Origin: a virus
DNA length: 64,000 nucleotides
Reading direction: 5' to 3' (one strand)
Virus record (IMG/VR): IMGVR_UViG_3300007735_000786
Coordinates: 8,752-72,751 of that record
The notes under the pieces are model-generated. The model had not been told where the DNA came from. It worked only from the letters and a program-made list of their open reading frames with translations, and did not search any database. Below are positions 53,013-63,530 of this stretch, piece by piece. Every line of letters begins with the position of its first letter. The stretch's first letter is position 1. Made by a program: the position numbers and the translations under genes.

Positions 53013-54014
53013 CTAGGCATATGCACCAAACGCATTCCATGACCCACGTCTAAATGGTTCTTCTTCTTGTGGCATATCTTCACCAAATGCATTTCTTGAC
53101 CCACGTCTAGTTGGTTCTTCCTGTTGTAGCATATATTCACCAAATGCATCCCCTAATCCACCTCCTCTTAGTTGTTCACTTGCGTCTGCTCCCATATGAT
53201 CACCTAACCCAGTACCACGTCTATAGGGTATTCCTGTTGGTATTGGTTTGTCTTTATTACGTAAAGCATCTTTATCTAATTTTTCTATCCACGTTTCTAC
53301 TGTAGGTGCACTTGGCTTATAGACAGCTGCTATATCTTCATTTTTGTTATTGATTGCTTCTGTTTGTGCTTGATTCTTATAAGCTTCTAAAAACTCATTT
53401 GCTTTTGTTTGTGGTGTAGTGCGTACGTTTTCTTCTTCTTGTGGCATATATTCACCAAATGCATTCCCTGACCCACGTCTAAGTGGTTCTTCTTCTTGTG
53501 GCATATATTCACCAAATGCACTTCTTGACCCACGCATAGGTGGTTCTTCTTCTTGTGGCATATATTCACCAAATGCACTTCTTGACCCACGCATAGGTGG
53601 TTCTTCTACCCGAGACACCGTGTTATTTTTAGATATTTTATTCAGTAATTCTTGAAATGCATCTTCCTTTTGAGGTTGTTTTTCTTTTTCAGGAAGTGTA
53701 GGTGTAATAGAAAAACCAGGGGTGAGTATTAATTCTGATCCATAATCATTAACACCTTGACGAGCTAAATTGGCGGCATCGAAATCTGCTCTTTTTTTTG
53801 ATGCCTGGGCCTTATCATCGGCTATTTGTAGAAGCTCTCTTTGCCTACGTAATTCAGGAGGTTCAGCGTTTAAAAAGTTTTGATAAGCGTTTTCTAGACC
53901 AACAGCTTCTAATGCCGCAGGATTACTCTCTTGAACAATAAATTTTTTTACTAGTTCAGGCGACATTCCATATGTAGCATAGCCATAACCAGTACCTGTG
54001 CTCGGATTTCCCAT
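53013..54014 (-). CDS. hypothetical protein with 19-aa repeats
   Basis: EEEPPMRGSRSAFGEYMPQ repeats. Confidence 0.65.
   Translation of the reverse strand: MGNPSTGTGYGYATYGMSPELVKKFIVQESNPAALEAVGLENAYQNFLNAEPPELRRQRELLQIADDKAQASKKRADFDAANLARQGVNDYGSELILTPGFSITPTLPEKEKQPQKEDAFQELLNKISKNNTVSRVEEPPMRGSRSAFGEYMPQEEEPPMRGSRSAFGEYMPQEEEPLRRGSGNAFGEYMPQEEENVRTTPQTKANEFLEAYKNQAQTEAINNKNEDIAAVYKPSAPTVETWIEKLDKDALRNKDKPIPTGIPYRRGTGLGDHMGADASEQLRGGGLGDAFGEYMLQQEEPTRRGSRNAFGEDMPQEEEPFRRGSWNAFGAYA
53431..53601. repeat. 3 x 57-bp coding tandem repeat (further copies at about 53017-53150)
   Basis: Units at 53431, 53488 and 53545; the last two are identical. Confidence 0.85.
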
Positions 54015-54201
54015 TTACTTTATTTATTTATTTATTTATTCTAGTGTAAATAACATTTAATTTGTTATCTTTTCTTAGGTGTCTTTGCTTTTTTACTAGC
54101 TCTCTTAGCTGCTTTTGTTTCAGGACTTTCATTAAGCAGATACTGAAACAGTCCTGTTGAATTACCTGGTTTTTCTGAAGGATACGTATTAGCCATGATT
54201 T

Positions 54202-54360
54202 TTACTTTGTTGTTTTGTTTTTTTGGTTTTTATATTTCCTTGCCTTATCTAGAGCAGCCTTACGTTTTTCTTTGTCATTCATTTCTGTGCCATCTTCTTT
54301 CTTGGCGTCTTTCTTCTTGAGATACTCAAGAAATTGAGGTGGCATTTTACTTTTAGGCAT
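54202..54360 (-). CDS. small basic protein (52 aa)
   Basis: MPKSKMPPQFLEYLKKK...; not in the ORF track. Confidence 0.55.
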   Translation of the reverse strand: MPKSKMPPQFLEYLKKKDAKKEDGTEMNDKEKRKAALDKARKYKNQKNKTTK

Positions 54361-54367
54361 ATAATGT

Positions 54368-54670
54368 TTACATCAACATCCCACGTACTTTACGTCGGTT
54401 AATGCTTTCTTTTTTCCCTAAATCGCGTAGTAAAGTGCCAAACCTATCTGAACTAAACTTTTCTCTGTTAATTTGCCCAAGATCATTCTCCAGATATTCC
54501 ATTAGCCCTGGTTGACTAGAATTCATTCTGTTAGCTCTTTCCCTGCTAGCTGCTGCAGACTCTCTTTCCCTGCTAGCTTCAGCAAATTTATCAAGACCAA
54601 AGTAGTCTGCTCTGTTATCTTGACCTGGTTGACTAGTATTACTTCTTGAGGGCAGTCTTCCGGCACCCAT
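54368..54670 (-). CDS. hypothetical protein
   Basis: 100-aa ORF with a TATAAT element upstream. Confidence 0.55.
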   Translation of the reverse strand: MGAGRLPSRSNTSQPGQDNRADYFGLDKFAEASRERESAAASRERANRMNSSQPGLMEYLENDLGQINREKFSSDRFGTLLRDLGKKESINRRKVRGMLM

Positions 54671-54705
54671 GTTATTTATTCAATGTAAATATAATTATAA
54701 CAGAA

Positions 54706-55329
54706 TCACTCTTCAAGTTGCATTCTAGACCATACGCTCATTGTTGCTTCTTCCAGGGGGATCTCAATTGGATCATCTTTGAAAATAAACATTAGTTCAC
54801 GTATGGCCCTATCAGCACCTGCCATCAATAAACCTTTTCTATCTTTAATGCTCGTAAACTTTTCTACTTGGTCAATATGACCACGGATTTCTTTTTGCAT
54901 AGAAGCAATACGAGCTACTCCCGCATCACGTTTTACAACACCATTCTCTACATCTTCTCGCAATTTACGTACGTCCTCTTGCATCTCGTCAATTTCATAC
55001 AAGAGTTTCTTTCGGTGATCAGGTTTATCGTAATGTTGTTTAACCCATAGTTCGCACGCAGTTACGGTTCCTTTATAACCAAGGAATCGTGAGTATAGAT
55101 ATGCTTCTATTACAGAGTAATTTTCTTTGGCGAATGCACAAAATGATTCTTGGGTAGACGCATCTAAATTATCTACCCACCCATCAAATAACTCAATATC
55201 GATAAGCTCGTTGGGCCTGGCCGTAATCGCGTTCTTCGTCCCTTTCTTTAAAGCGCTGTGACTGCTCTGCGGAGGTACGTTGTTCTTCGGCACCTTTACC
55301 GATAGTTTCTCGTTCCTGTCCACCAGCAT
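54706..55329 (-). CDS. hypothetical helical protein (terminase small subunit candidate)
   Basis: Coiled-coil protein upstream of terL; true start uncertain. Confidence 0.5.
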   Translation of the reverse strand: MLVDRNEKLSVKVPKNNVPPQSSHSALKKGTKNAITARPNELIDIELFDGWVDNLDASTQESFCAFAKENYSVIEAYLYSRFLGYKGTVTACELWVKQHYDKPDHRKKLLYEIDEMQEDVRKLREDVENGVVKRDAGVARIASMQKEIRGHIDQVEKFTSIKDRKGLLMAGADRAIRELMFIFKDDPIEIPLEEATMSVWSRMQLEE

Positions 55330-55441
55330 CCTCCATCTTTTTCTTGGAAAAGTCGTAAGCCACGCCAGCTGCCTGACGATATTTGTCTAAATCAAACCAA
55401 TCATCAGCATCGACTTGTCCTGCTGGAACGCTACTGGTCAT
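55193..55441 (-). CDS. hypothetical protein
   Basis: 82 aa, charged. Confidence 0.6.
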   Translation of the reverse strand: MTSSVPAGQVDADDWFDLDKYRQAAGVAYDFSKKKMEDAGGQERETIGKGAEEQRTSAEQSQRFKERDEERDYGQAQRAYRY

Positions 55442-55463
55442 GGCTTACAGCACCTATGGGAAA

Positions 55464-55634
55464 TTAGAAGTTACTCATCATACCAGCAAGGCCCTGGCTG
55501 AAGATATCACGACGTCCTTCAACGGACTTTTGGCGTTGTTGACGACCTTTAGATGCTTCAAGACGCTCTAAAAGTTGCTCAAAACGATTAATGTCAAAAT
55601 CACTTGCGCTATCTTGACCGGATGAAGCTGTCAT
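55464..55634 (-). CDS. small hypothetical protein (56 aa)
   Basis: AAGGA RBS; MTASSGQDSASDFDINRFEQLL... Confidence 0.6.
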   Translation of the reverse strand: MTASSGQDSASDFDINRFEQLLERLEASKGRQQRQKSVEGRRDIFSQGLAGMMSNF

Positions 55635-55681
55635 TTTTAAAATTCCTTTACACTAGATAATTATAACAAAGATATCTTAAA

Positions 55682-56578
55682 TTAAAAGCTAAAACTTCCT
55701 ATCAAAGCTTTATACATATCGCCCGTCGATCCGATCTTAGCCACATCCGCTGCTCCTTTATTCTTTAACTTCTGTGTTTCTTTATCGATATCCCCTTGGA
55801 GATTGGTTAGACCAGCACTGTAAAGATACTTACGTGTGTCTCTGATATTTTGTGTTTGCTCTTCAAGTTCAGCAGGTGTGCCAGTAAAGGTGTCCTTAAA
55901 GTCTGGAACTGCAACTCCAGCTTTACCTAAGGTTCCTTCAGCGTAAGTAGGAAGAAGTGACTTATCAAACTTAAAGCTTCTTGTACCTGTTCTCTTACCT
56001 GCTGCATCCCTTTCTTCCTTACCATACATCGTATCGTAATAGTTGCCGAGATAACTCGTTTGGAATTTATCTTGATATTCCGAACCTTTGGTAAGGGAGT
56101 CTTTTAAGTCTTGAACACTACTGTAATAACCCTGATTAAAACGTTCTAAGGCAGCTGTCTTCTCTGGCTCCGTAGCTTCGCGTCCTAAGAGTTCTTGATA
56201 GGCCGCAGAGACTCCTGTGGAGCGGCGTCCAGGTAATAATTCTTTCGTATAAAGATCTGTTAATTTATTAACATCTTCTTCTGCATTTATTTCGTATTTC
56301 CCAGCGTAATCACGTAACTGACTGGAAGCATCGTTATATGTAATTAAACCTTGTTTCAGTTGAGACTCTAGACCTGAACGTAAACCACCAAAGCCTGCAA
56401 TACCAGAAGCTTTACGTGCGTCTTCCTTAGCCTTAGCGTCTGCTCTTTCTTGATCAGCTCGCGCTTGTGCCCGTGCTTCTTGTTGTTGACTGTAATTTAA
56501 GAAATCTCTAAACGTATTATCAGGCGGTGGCGGCATGTATACGGGTGCCGGTGCGCTTTTTCCTCCTCCTCCTCCCAT
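55682..56578 (-). CDS. putative internal virion protein
   Basis: MGGGGGK..P-rich N-terminus; AAGGAG RBS. Confidence 0.65.
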   Translation of the reverse strand: MGGGGGKSAPAPVYMPPPPDNTFRDFLNYSQQQEARAQARADQERADAKAKEDARKASGIAGFGGLRSGLESQLKQGLITYNDASSQLRDYAGKYEINAEEDVNKLTDLYTKELLPGRRSTGVSAAYQELLGREATEPEKTAALERFNQGYYSSVQDLKDSLTKGSEYQDKFQTSYLGNYYDTMYGKEERDAAGKRTGTRSFKFDKSLLPTYAEGTLGKAGVAVPDFKDTFTGTPAELEEQTQNIRDTRKYLYSAGLTNLQGDIDKETQKLKNKGAADVAKIGSTGDMYKALIGSFSF

Positions 56579-56642
56579 GATTTATCTCCTTATGTAAAAA
56601 GCGTAGATGTAGCTATTAATGTAATTCTACCAAACATATTCA

Positions 56643-57230
56643 TCATCCTAGTCCCGTGGTCTGCCGGTTAAACATTGAAGTAGGACCAAACATGCCCATT
56701 AGTCCAGCATTTGATTGAAGTGCAGTTGATCTTGCTTGTGCCTCTTGTTGTTGTCGTTTTAATTCTCTTGCTTCTGCTGAATTGTCCATACCAAAAGCAG
56801 CTCTTGCAAAGTCCCTTTTATTGGCAAGTTCCATGGGATCTAATATACTTTTTTGAAATAAAGATGCTGCTTTATCTCTACCAAATGCAAGGTCTGGTCT
56901 CCAAGTTGCAGCACTTGTTGCATCCCATATACCAAAGCCAAGACCAGCTTTATTTGCCTCCCTTCCTTCTAAAATACCTGCTCTTTGTGCATCAAATTGA
57001 CCTTGTGCAATTTTTTTTGCAGTATTATCAGCTATGCGAGCAGACTCTGCAGCTTGATTGGTACCGAATAAACTGGTTCCTGCGCTAAACGCAGCAGGTA
57101 TTATTGTTCCCCACATACTATTACCTTTTTGTTTGGATGGAAGAAAAGACGTAATGTCTTTAAATTGACCTTGAGTGTCGGTTCCAAAACCAGAGCTAAA
57201 GTCAACTGGGCTACTCCAATTATAAGCCAT
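56643..57230 (-). CDS. putative ejection/pilot protein
   Basis: G/A-rich hydrophobic patch followed by a Q-rich coil. Confidence 0.55.
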   Translation of the reverse strand: MAYNWSSPVDFSSGFGTDTQGQFKDITSFLPSKQKGNSMWGTIIPAAFSAGTSLFGTNQAAESARIADNTAKKIAQGQFDAQRAGILEGREANKAGLGFGIWDATSAATWRPDLAFGRDKAASLFQKSILDPMELANKRDFARAAFGMDNSAEARELKRQQQEAQARSTALQSNAGLMGMFGPTSMFNRQTTGLG

Positions 57231-57239
57231 TGTTTCATT

Positions 57240-57773
57240 TTAACTAAAGTACCTTCCAGATTGTAAAACAGGAGCACTACTCGCGAACTGTAGTTTTGGA
57301 TAATTAGCTAAGGTATTAGTATATGCATCAGTTATCGATCTAGCGCCAAGAAGAGTGTTAGCTGTTTGTAAAGCAGACTGTTGCGCTATACGATCAGGTA
57401 TCTTGGCTAAAGTATCTAATCCTTTATACAACATGTTATAAGGTGCTGCTGAAGCTTGTTGTTTATTTTGAAATTCCAATGTATCTTCAAGAGCTTGTTT
57501 CCGTGCTTCTGGACTTTTTGCTTCACGAGCAAAAGCTAATAGTTGAGCAACATCACTTTGACTTTTGTTTCCTAATTCGTTTTCAGCTATTAATTTTCGT
57601 GTTTCAGGGTCAGCATTTTTATAGAGATCACTACCTATAAACGCATATTTTCCAGCAGGAGTTATGGGTTGTTGTCCGTAAAAAGTTGCTCCTTTATCTA
57701 TTCCATCAAAATTCACGCCTGTCCCATATCTAAGGGCGTTGGGAGAACTAGGATTGAAACCTGAAAAAGACAT
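57240..57773 (-). CDS. hypothetical virion protein
   Basis: 177 aa in a tightly packed operon. Confidence 0.6.
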   Translation of the reverse strand: MSFSGFNPSSPNALRYGTGVNFDGIDKGATFYGQQPITPAGKYAFIGSDLYKNADPETRKLIAENELGNKSQSDVAQLLAFAREAKSPEARKQALEDTLEFQNKQQASAAPYNMLYKGLDTLAKIPDRIAQQSALQTANTLLGARSITDAYTNTLANYPKLQFASSAPVLQSGRYFS

Positions 57774-57778
57774 GTTAT

Positions 57779-58567
57779 TTAACGATACTGGAACGCGGAA
57801 TTAGCGTAAGGATTAACAGATGTTATTACTTGTCGTGTAAGTGCGCCAGCTTCTGTTTGTGCTCCACCTGCTAGTTCAGCCATATATCTTTGCTGATTAA
57901 GTGCCCCAGTAAGTTGTGCAGTCTGTTGATTCAACTGCATTTGACGATTACGTTGTTGATCAAGATTTTGATTCAACATCGGATTAAGTGCTGTTGCAAT
58001 ATCTACTTGATTCATACCCGCTCTTCGCATAAAGTCAATTGTTTCATTGACATTCATATCACCTACTTTCTTAGCACCAATACCAGGGAGACCAGGAATA
58101 GGTCCAGCAGACTCACCACGAGCAGCAGTATTAGCTGCAGCACCACCTAAAGCACCTTGGATAAGTCCACCTATACCTTTCTGTGCAGCAGTACCAATAC
58201 CCCCACCAACAACAGATCCAACCAAACCACCGATAGGACCTCCTAGCATTGTGCCAAGCGCCATACCACCTAAACCACCTGCAGCTCCACCAACATCACC
58301 TTGCATTAACGAAAGACCAGCACCTGCAATTGGTATATACTTACCAGCTATATTACCCGCTACAGCTCTTCCGCCACCTGCACCTGCTATTGCTTTTGAC
58401 ACACGATCTCCCAAGCCTTTCATCTTGGTACCCGCACGATTAAGTAAATCTTGAAACCCCATGCCGAGAGAGGGATCAATATTTTGTGTTGGAATATATG
58501 TAGGTTGAATTGTTGCAAGTGGACCTCCACGTTCCATTGAACCTCCAGGACCTGCCATGATTGCCAT
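57779..58567 (-). CDS. putative ejection protein with glycine zipper
   Basis: GGAAGGLGGMALGTMLGGPIGGLVGSVVGG followed by a Q-rich coil. Confidence 0.6.
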   Translation of the reverse strand: MAIMAGPGGSMERGGPLATIQPTYIPTQNIDPSLGMGFQDLLNRAGTKMKGLGDRVSKAIAGAGGGRAVAGNIAGKYIPIAGAGLSLMQGDVGGAAGGLGGMALGTMLGGPIGGLVGSVVGGGIGTAAQKGIGGLIQGALGGAAANTAARGESAGPIPGLPGIGAKKVGDMNVNETIDFMRRAGMNQVDIATALNPMLNQNLDQQRNRQMQLNQQTAQLTGALNQQRYMAELAGGAQTEAGALTRQVITSVNPYANSAFQYR

Positions 58568-58610
58568 AATTTATCTTATTCGATATGTTAATTTTACCAG
58601 CCTACATACT

Positions 58611-59717
58611 CTAACGGTATTCATTTGTGCTTGGTAAGTTCTCAGGATGATTATTTAATGAAGCAATAGCTTGGTTGGTTAAGTTACCTACTAATGCTCC
58701 TGCTAAAGATCCAGCTAATGCAATACTTGCAGTCTTACGTGTAGCCATTGGTACTCTAGTATTAACATCCTGTTCGACAACACGTGAACTTCCACCAGGA
58801 TACGAGATAACACGACGTTCTTTTGTTGTAACAACAGGTGGTCGGGTTTGTAATGCACCACGGAGAGCCATTGCTCCTCCTGCTAATGCACCTGCTGCCT
58901 GTAGTCCGATTGGGAAGCCTACAATGCGAGCTTCTGGTACACCTTCCAAATTTTCCATTGTTCCTTTAATTAAACCAAGACCGATAATACCTTTATCTTG
59001 GTAATAATTCTTCATGTAATTACTATACCTTTCAGGTGTCAAACTAGGGATATCTTCTTTTGCTGTTTCATATTTAAGTGGACGACCTTGTCTTCCAAGG
59101 AACAAACGTTCAAGTAATTCAGTTCCAGGTTGACCAGTCTCACGTCGATCTTCTGCTCCTTCTTCTGCATAGGTTTGAGCAAAACCTTTTGATCTAAATT
59201 GTTCAAGAGGATTTGTTATGTCTATTTGTCCCAAGGAAGCAACAGTAGGTGCACTGATAGCTAAGCCAACAAGACCTTTTTGTGTTGGGTTAAATTGTTT
59301 ATATGCAGGTCCAGCAGCTTTTTCAATAAGTTTATCTGCAATTGCCATTGGGTGATTGTAACGCCAATACAAATGACGAGTTGAGTCTGTGCCTGCATCT
59401 GTTAATAACCTAGCCGCATAAGCACCTATAAATTCTTGTGGTGTTTCGTTAAAACTAATACCTTTTACATTTTTTAATTCTTTTTTAAAATTCGGACTAA
59501 ATGTACTGTAATTTGAAATACTACTAAGAATACGATTACCTTGTTCATCTGTTATTTCACGTCTAGACTCAGGTGTCATTAATTCCACACCTGACTGAAA
59601 ACCTTTTTTAATTTTAGTTGGCATTAGATCACCAACAGAATGCATTGCGCTATTGTAGGCGTCCGCTGCACGCCTAAGAAACGTCTGTGCTTGTTCTGGT
59701 CTCCCTGGTACGGCCAT
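58611..59717 (-). CDS. hypothetical virion protein
   Basis: 368 aa with G/A-rich hydrophobic segments; TAATG coupling. Confidence 0.6.
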   Translation of the reverse strand: MAVPGRPEQAQTFLRRAADAYNSAMHSVGDLMPTKIKKGFQSGVELMTPESRREITDEQGNRILSSISNYSTFSPNFKKELKNVKGISFNETPQEFIGAYAARLLTDAGTDSTRHLYWRYNHPMAIADKLIEKAAGPAYKQFNPTQKGLVGLAISAPTVASLGQIDITNPLEQFRSKGFAQTYAEEGAEDRRETGQPGTELLERLFLGRQGRPLKYETAKEDIPSLTPERYSNYMKNYYQDKGIIGLGLIKGTMENLEGVPEARIVGFPIGLQAAGALAGGAMALRGALQTRPPVVTTKERRVISYPGGSSRVVEQDVNTRVPMATRKTASIALAGSLAGALVGNLTNQAIASLNNHPENLPSTNEYR

Positions 59718-60274
59718 TAGTATTGCCCCGTTGAACGATAAGGAAGACCTTGCGTTTGATACAAGGTACCATCTGCTGTTTGTGCTTGGTACATTTGATT
59801 TAACATTTCTTGCTGACCAAGTTGTTGTTGTTGTGTCACGGACTGATTAGTGTTTATTTGTTGCTGAGGATAAAATAAAGGTTCAATTAGCATTGGTGCT
59901 GCAACACTACCCGCTAGATTCACAGCATTAGCTTGCCAACTAGGTTCATATACACGATTAATTTTTTCTGCAGGTATTGATGAACCCGCATATTTTTTTA
60001 ATACTTCATCTGGTATATAAGCATTATATTTACCTGCAATATCAGGTGCATATTTTTTTAATAATTTACCTGCACCTACACCTAACCCGATATCTGCTGC
60101 ACCTACCGTAAGACCGGCTATTGGATTACCAGTGGCTAGTGTGGTGTATATGCCTGTAAGTAAACCTCCTGGTACAGAAGCGCGTAACATATCGCCTCCA
60201 CCGTCTGCTACTAGCCTTTTTACGGGAGCAGAATTTTTTAATGCTCCTGCTAGTTGACCCGCAATTTTAAACAT
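59717..60274 (-). CDS. hypothetical G/A-rich virion protein
   Basis: 185 aa. Confidence 0.6.
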   Translation of the reverse strand: MFKIAGQLAGALKNSAPVKRLVADGGGDMLRASVPGGLLTGIYTTLATGNPIAGLTVGAADIGLGVGAGKLLKKYAPDIAGKYNAYIPDEVLKKYAGSSIPAEKINRVYEPSWQANAVNLAGSVAAPMLIEPLFYPQQQINTNQSVTQQQQLGQQEMLNQMYQAQTADGTLYQTQGLPYRSTGQY

Positions 60275-60307
60275 TTTCTATATGCATTAATACTATTTTA
60301 TCTTTAG

Positions 60308-60964
60308 TTACTTTTGTGTTTTACCAGGGGAAGTATTAGATTCAACGGCTTCTTCATTTGCAGTTTTTTCTCCTTGTTTTTCTTCTGCTTGTTTTTGTTC
60401 TGTTTTAACTAAACTTTGACGATCTAACAGTTGTGCAATTGAAGGTTTATCTTCTATTTCATTCTCAGCACGTTTCTCTGCTCCTGCCATTAGATAACCA
60501 TTTGGATCAGGATTACGTAAGCGAGGCATTGGGTTACGTGCTGCTTTCCCTGGTTTTAAAGTAGGACTTAATTTATACGATTCAATCCAATCTTGATTGA
60601 AGTCAGGTTGATCTTGTGGACGTTGTGTGGTACGTGCCCTACCTTCATCAAAGTCATAATCTTCTGGTCTATTGAAACGACCAAGTCCTTCAAACAGCTC
60701 GTACTGTGGTGTTACTTCTGCGTTGTCATCAAAGAAAGGTGTATTACCTACAAAATTAAGATCTGGGTTTAATGTAACTTTACGTGTCATTGCACGTTTT
60801 AATAAATCACGTTCATTAAATTTTGATGGGTTCCAAGGGTAATCTCCACTGTTAGCTTTGGATTGAAACAAATCATCAAAATCCAAACGCTTGGAGATTT
60901 CTCCTCGACGATTAAAAGGATTTTGTATGTAGCGCCCTAAGTCAAGTCTCGCGTCACGTGCCAT
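60308..60964 (-). CDS. hypothetical protein
   Basis: 218 aa; TAATG coupling. Confidence 0.65.
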   Translation of the reverse strand: MARDARLDLGRYIQNPFNRRGEISKRLDFDDLFQSKANSGDYPWNPSKFNERDLLKRAMTRKVTLNPDLNFVGNTPFFDDNAEVTPQYELFEGLGRFNRPEDYDFDEGRARTTQRPQDQPDFNQDWIESYKLSPTLKPGKAARNPMPRLRNPDPNGYLMAGAEKRAENEIEDKPSIAQLLDRQSLVKTEQKQAEEKQGEKTANEEAVESNTSPGKTQK

Positions 60965-61194
60965 TAGGTCTCAGTTTTTTTTTCGTCTTTTTTCTTTTTT
61001 AATCCTACCAAGGTTTGACGTAACCTTGCTTGTTTTACGGTTTCAGCATCATACTTCTCTGGAGCTGAAAGAACATTCTCTTGTAGCTGTGCAGTGGTAA
61101 TACCTTTTCGTTTAGCTTTGGCCGTAAAGACACCTTTCTTCATTTCAGTTTTCTGAATCCATTTTTTATCTTTTTTCTTTTCTGCCATAATCAA
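60964..61194 (-). CDS. small basic protein
   Basis: KKWIQ...KKGVFTAKAK...KQARL.QTL; GGAGG RBS. Confidence 0.6.
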   Translation of the reverse strand: MIMAEKKKDKKWIQKTEMKKGVFTAKAKRKGITTAQLQENVLSAPEKYDAETVKQARLRQTLVGLKKKKDEKKTET

Positions 61195-63464
61195 CCTCCT
61201 TTAAGTTGCTGAAGATACACGTTAACAAGGCGTTGAGCTTTTTCTGGTGGATTACTATTTTTTATTCTACGTATATCTTCTGAAACATCCATGCTTCTTC
61301 GACCTGCTTCAGTAGCTGGTTGTGACCCAAGACGTTGAACTGCTTCTTCATATCCGATAGGTTCATTAGACATGGCAATTTCATTTCTTATCTCACCTCG
61401 TGTATATACTGGCTCACTTGGTTTACGCATGGCTTCTTCCTTGTAAACAAAGCCTTCTGGTGTACGTTGCGCCGGTACATGTAATGACGGATCCCAACGT
61501 ATTGGATTTGATCCCATACTTTCAGTAGATGTAAATTCTCTTTCAACTCCCCTAAGACCTCGCATACTAGTACCAGAGGCTGGTTTTTCTACAACACCAG
61601 CGGGCCTAGATGGCCTTCCTCTACGTAACTCTAGAGTCTCAGGAATAATTTCACCTTCTGGTGTTTGTTCATAAAAAGGGCGAACACCTTCTTGTAAATC
61701 TGCAACTCTGTAAATAGACGGAAATTGTTCTACATTACTTTTTTTACTTTCAATAATGTCACGCGCTTCCCTACGCACTGATTCAGCTTCGTTCATTTGC
61801 CGAGACAATGTTAAATAGTCAGGATTGGTAATCTCCCGAGGTGGAACTTTTCCTTCTCTAAATTTTTGACGATTTTGATAATAGATATTAGCAGCAGTAG
61901 GGTTACCTTGTTTCATCCCATACATTGCCATATTAGTTTGTTCTTCTAAAGCTGCATATTCTGGATTGATAATTGTTTTAGGTATAGTTTCTCGCGTAGC
62001 ACCTAACCCACTAAGGCGGTTTGTCATACGCATGTCAACATCTTCTTGTTTGTTGATATTTAGTTCTCGTTTTTTAAACGGTGAATAAAGAGAAGAGGTA
62101 CTTAATTCAGAAGGTGCATCACCTTCTAAAGATTGTGTGGTAATTAATTGTTGTGCTTTTGGTTGAACACTAATAGGTAAAGAAGGTGTTTCAGAAATTA
62201 ACGATAAAACATTTGGATCTCCAGTTGCTGCATATAACTCAGACGCTTGTTTAATACGAGTCCCTTGTTCTCCTTGTAACATTTGTTTCTCTGTACTTAA
62301 GCCACGATAACCTTGTGCTTCTTGTATTCCACGGATCTCTTGCATGCGCTTTCGTGCAAAACTCAAAGCACCTTCCGCTTGGTCAACAGGTAATCCATCC
62401 GGTAAACGAGACGCAACTTGTTTAACATGAATGTCAGGTTCAAGTCCCATCATTTGACTGGGATCTTCTTGATTCACAAAATTACGATATTGTGCATCTG
62501 CCATTTCTTCCATGATCTCAACTTGACCAAGATCTAGATCTTCATTCTGTTGTAAGCGATGTTTTGTTCGGCCTTCCATTTGGTGTGTACCAGAGGAAAG
62601 CGCATCTTTTACTTGTTCAATATGTTGTGGACGAGCTGCAACATGTTGTTCAGTCATTGATTCAGCGTCAATGTAACCTTTTTGTTTTAAGAATGTTTGT
62701 GGACCAAAGTCACTTTGTGCTGCTGCTTCGGCAGTGTTAGCTTCTAAACGAAGAGAAGAGATAATATCATCTCCTGTTGCTGTAAGTACTTGCCGCCTTC
62801 TTGCTGCTTGTTTTGCTTGTTCTGATCTATTGCTAGAAAGTAAATTTTCTTTTGCTAACTCTTCTGCTTCAACACGTTTTAACAAGTCAGGATCATTAAG
62901 TAAACGATCAGTAATATCAGGAGCTGCTGGAGAAAGTAACCGTGTTCCTCTTGTTGTAGTTTCTGTTGTTCTAACTGGAGGTACGGTTGGAGAACCAAAA
63001 GGTGTCAAAATTGTTTCTTTACCTGACCATGGATCTACTGACGTACGTACTTCATCAGATAAATCAACAAACTTTATACCTTGTGGGCGTTCACTACGTG
63101 CTTGACGCGTTATTTCATTTACATCACCTAAACGCTCAACTGCTGTTTGTGGCGCGGGACGTGGTGCAGGACGAGAAGGTACAACAGTTTCTGTAACATC
63201 TACAGGAGGACGTCCACTTGCACGACGAATGTTATTAATATTGATATTACTAAGATCTGTAGTAGCACTTGTGTTGCGTACAGAAGTAGGTGCTGCTCCC
63301 CTACCAGCAAAGAAACGACGTCCACCTAAAATACCTGCTGTTGCAACACCCGCCGCAAGTGCTGCTTTACCTAATGCATCAACTAAATTATTTTCTTGTT
63401 CGGGTTCTTGACGTAATTTATCTTGTTCCGCTTGATATGCAGCGGCCATAAGTGCAGAATTCAT
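61191..63464 (-). CDS. large hypothetical, probably disordered virion protein
   Basis: 757 aa with an N-terminal A/G hydrophobic patch. Confidence 0.65.
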   Translation of the reverse strand: MNSALMAAAYQAEQDKLRQEPEQENNLVDALGKAALAAGVATAGILGGRRFFAGRGAAPTSVRNTSATTDLSNININNIRRASGRPPVDVTETVVPSRPAPRPAPQTAVERLGDVNEITRQARSERPQGIKFVDLSDEVRTSVDPWSGKETILTPFGSPTVPPVRTTETTTRGTRLLSPAAPDITDRLLNDPDLLKRVEAEELAKENLLSSNRSEQAKQAARRRQVLTATGDDIISSLRLEANTAEAAAQSDFGPQTFLKQKGYIDAESMTEQHVAARPQHIEQVKDALSSGTHQMEGRTKHRLQQNEDLDLGQVEIMEEMADAQYRNFVNQEDPSQMMGLEPDIHVKQVASRLPDGLPVDQAEGALSFARKRMQEIRGIQEAQGYRGLSTEKQMLQGEQGTRIKQASELYAATGDPNVLSLISETPSLPISVQPKAQQLITTQSLEGDAPSELSTSSLYSPFKKRELNINKQEDVDMRMTNRLSGLGATRETIPKTIINPEYAALEEQTNMAMYGMKQGNPTAANIYYQNRQKFREGKVPPREITNPDYLTLSRQMNEAESVRREARDIIESKKSNVEQFPSIYRVADLQEGVRPFYEQTPEGEIIPETLELRRGRPSRPAGVVEKPASGTSMRGLRGVEREFTSTESMGSNPIRWDPSLHVPAQRTPEGFVYKEEAMRKPSEPVYTRGEIRNEIAMSNEPIGYEEAVQRLGSQPATEAGRRSMDVSEDIRRIKNSNPPEKAQRLVNVYLQQLKGG

Positions 63465-63530
63465 GGAACACCTAAAAGTTTATCGTTTTATTTGTTGTAT
63501 ACCAATATTATATTGTTTAAAACTTAAAAT

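Noticed and set aside
53017-53601. CRISPR array
   Set aside because: The 57-bp units are in-frame coding repeats without unique spacers, and no cas genes are present.
58047-59004. Plus-strand Pro/Ala-rich ORFs
   Set aside because: Antisense shadows of Gly-rich minus-strand genes.
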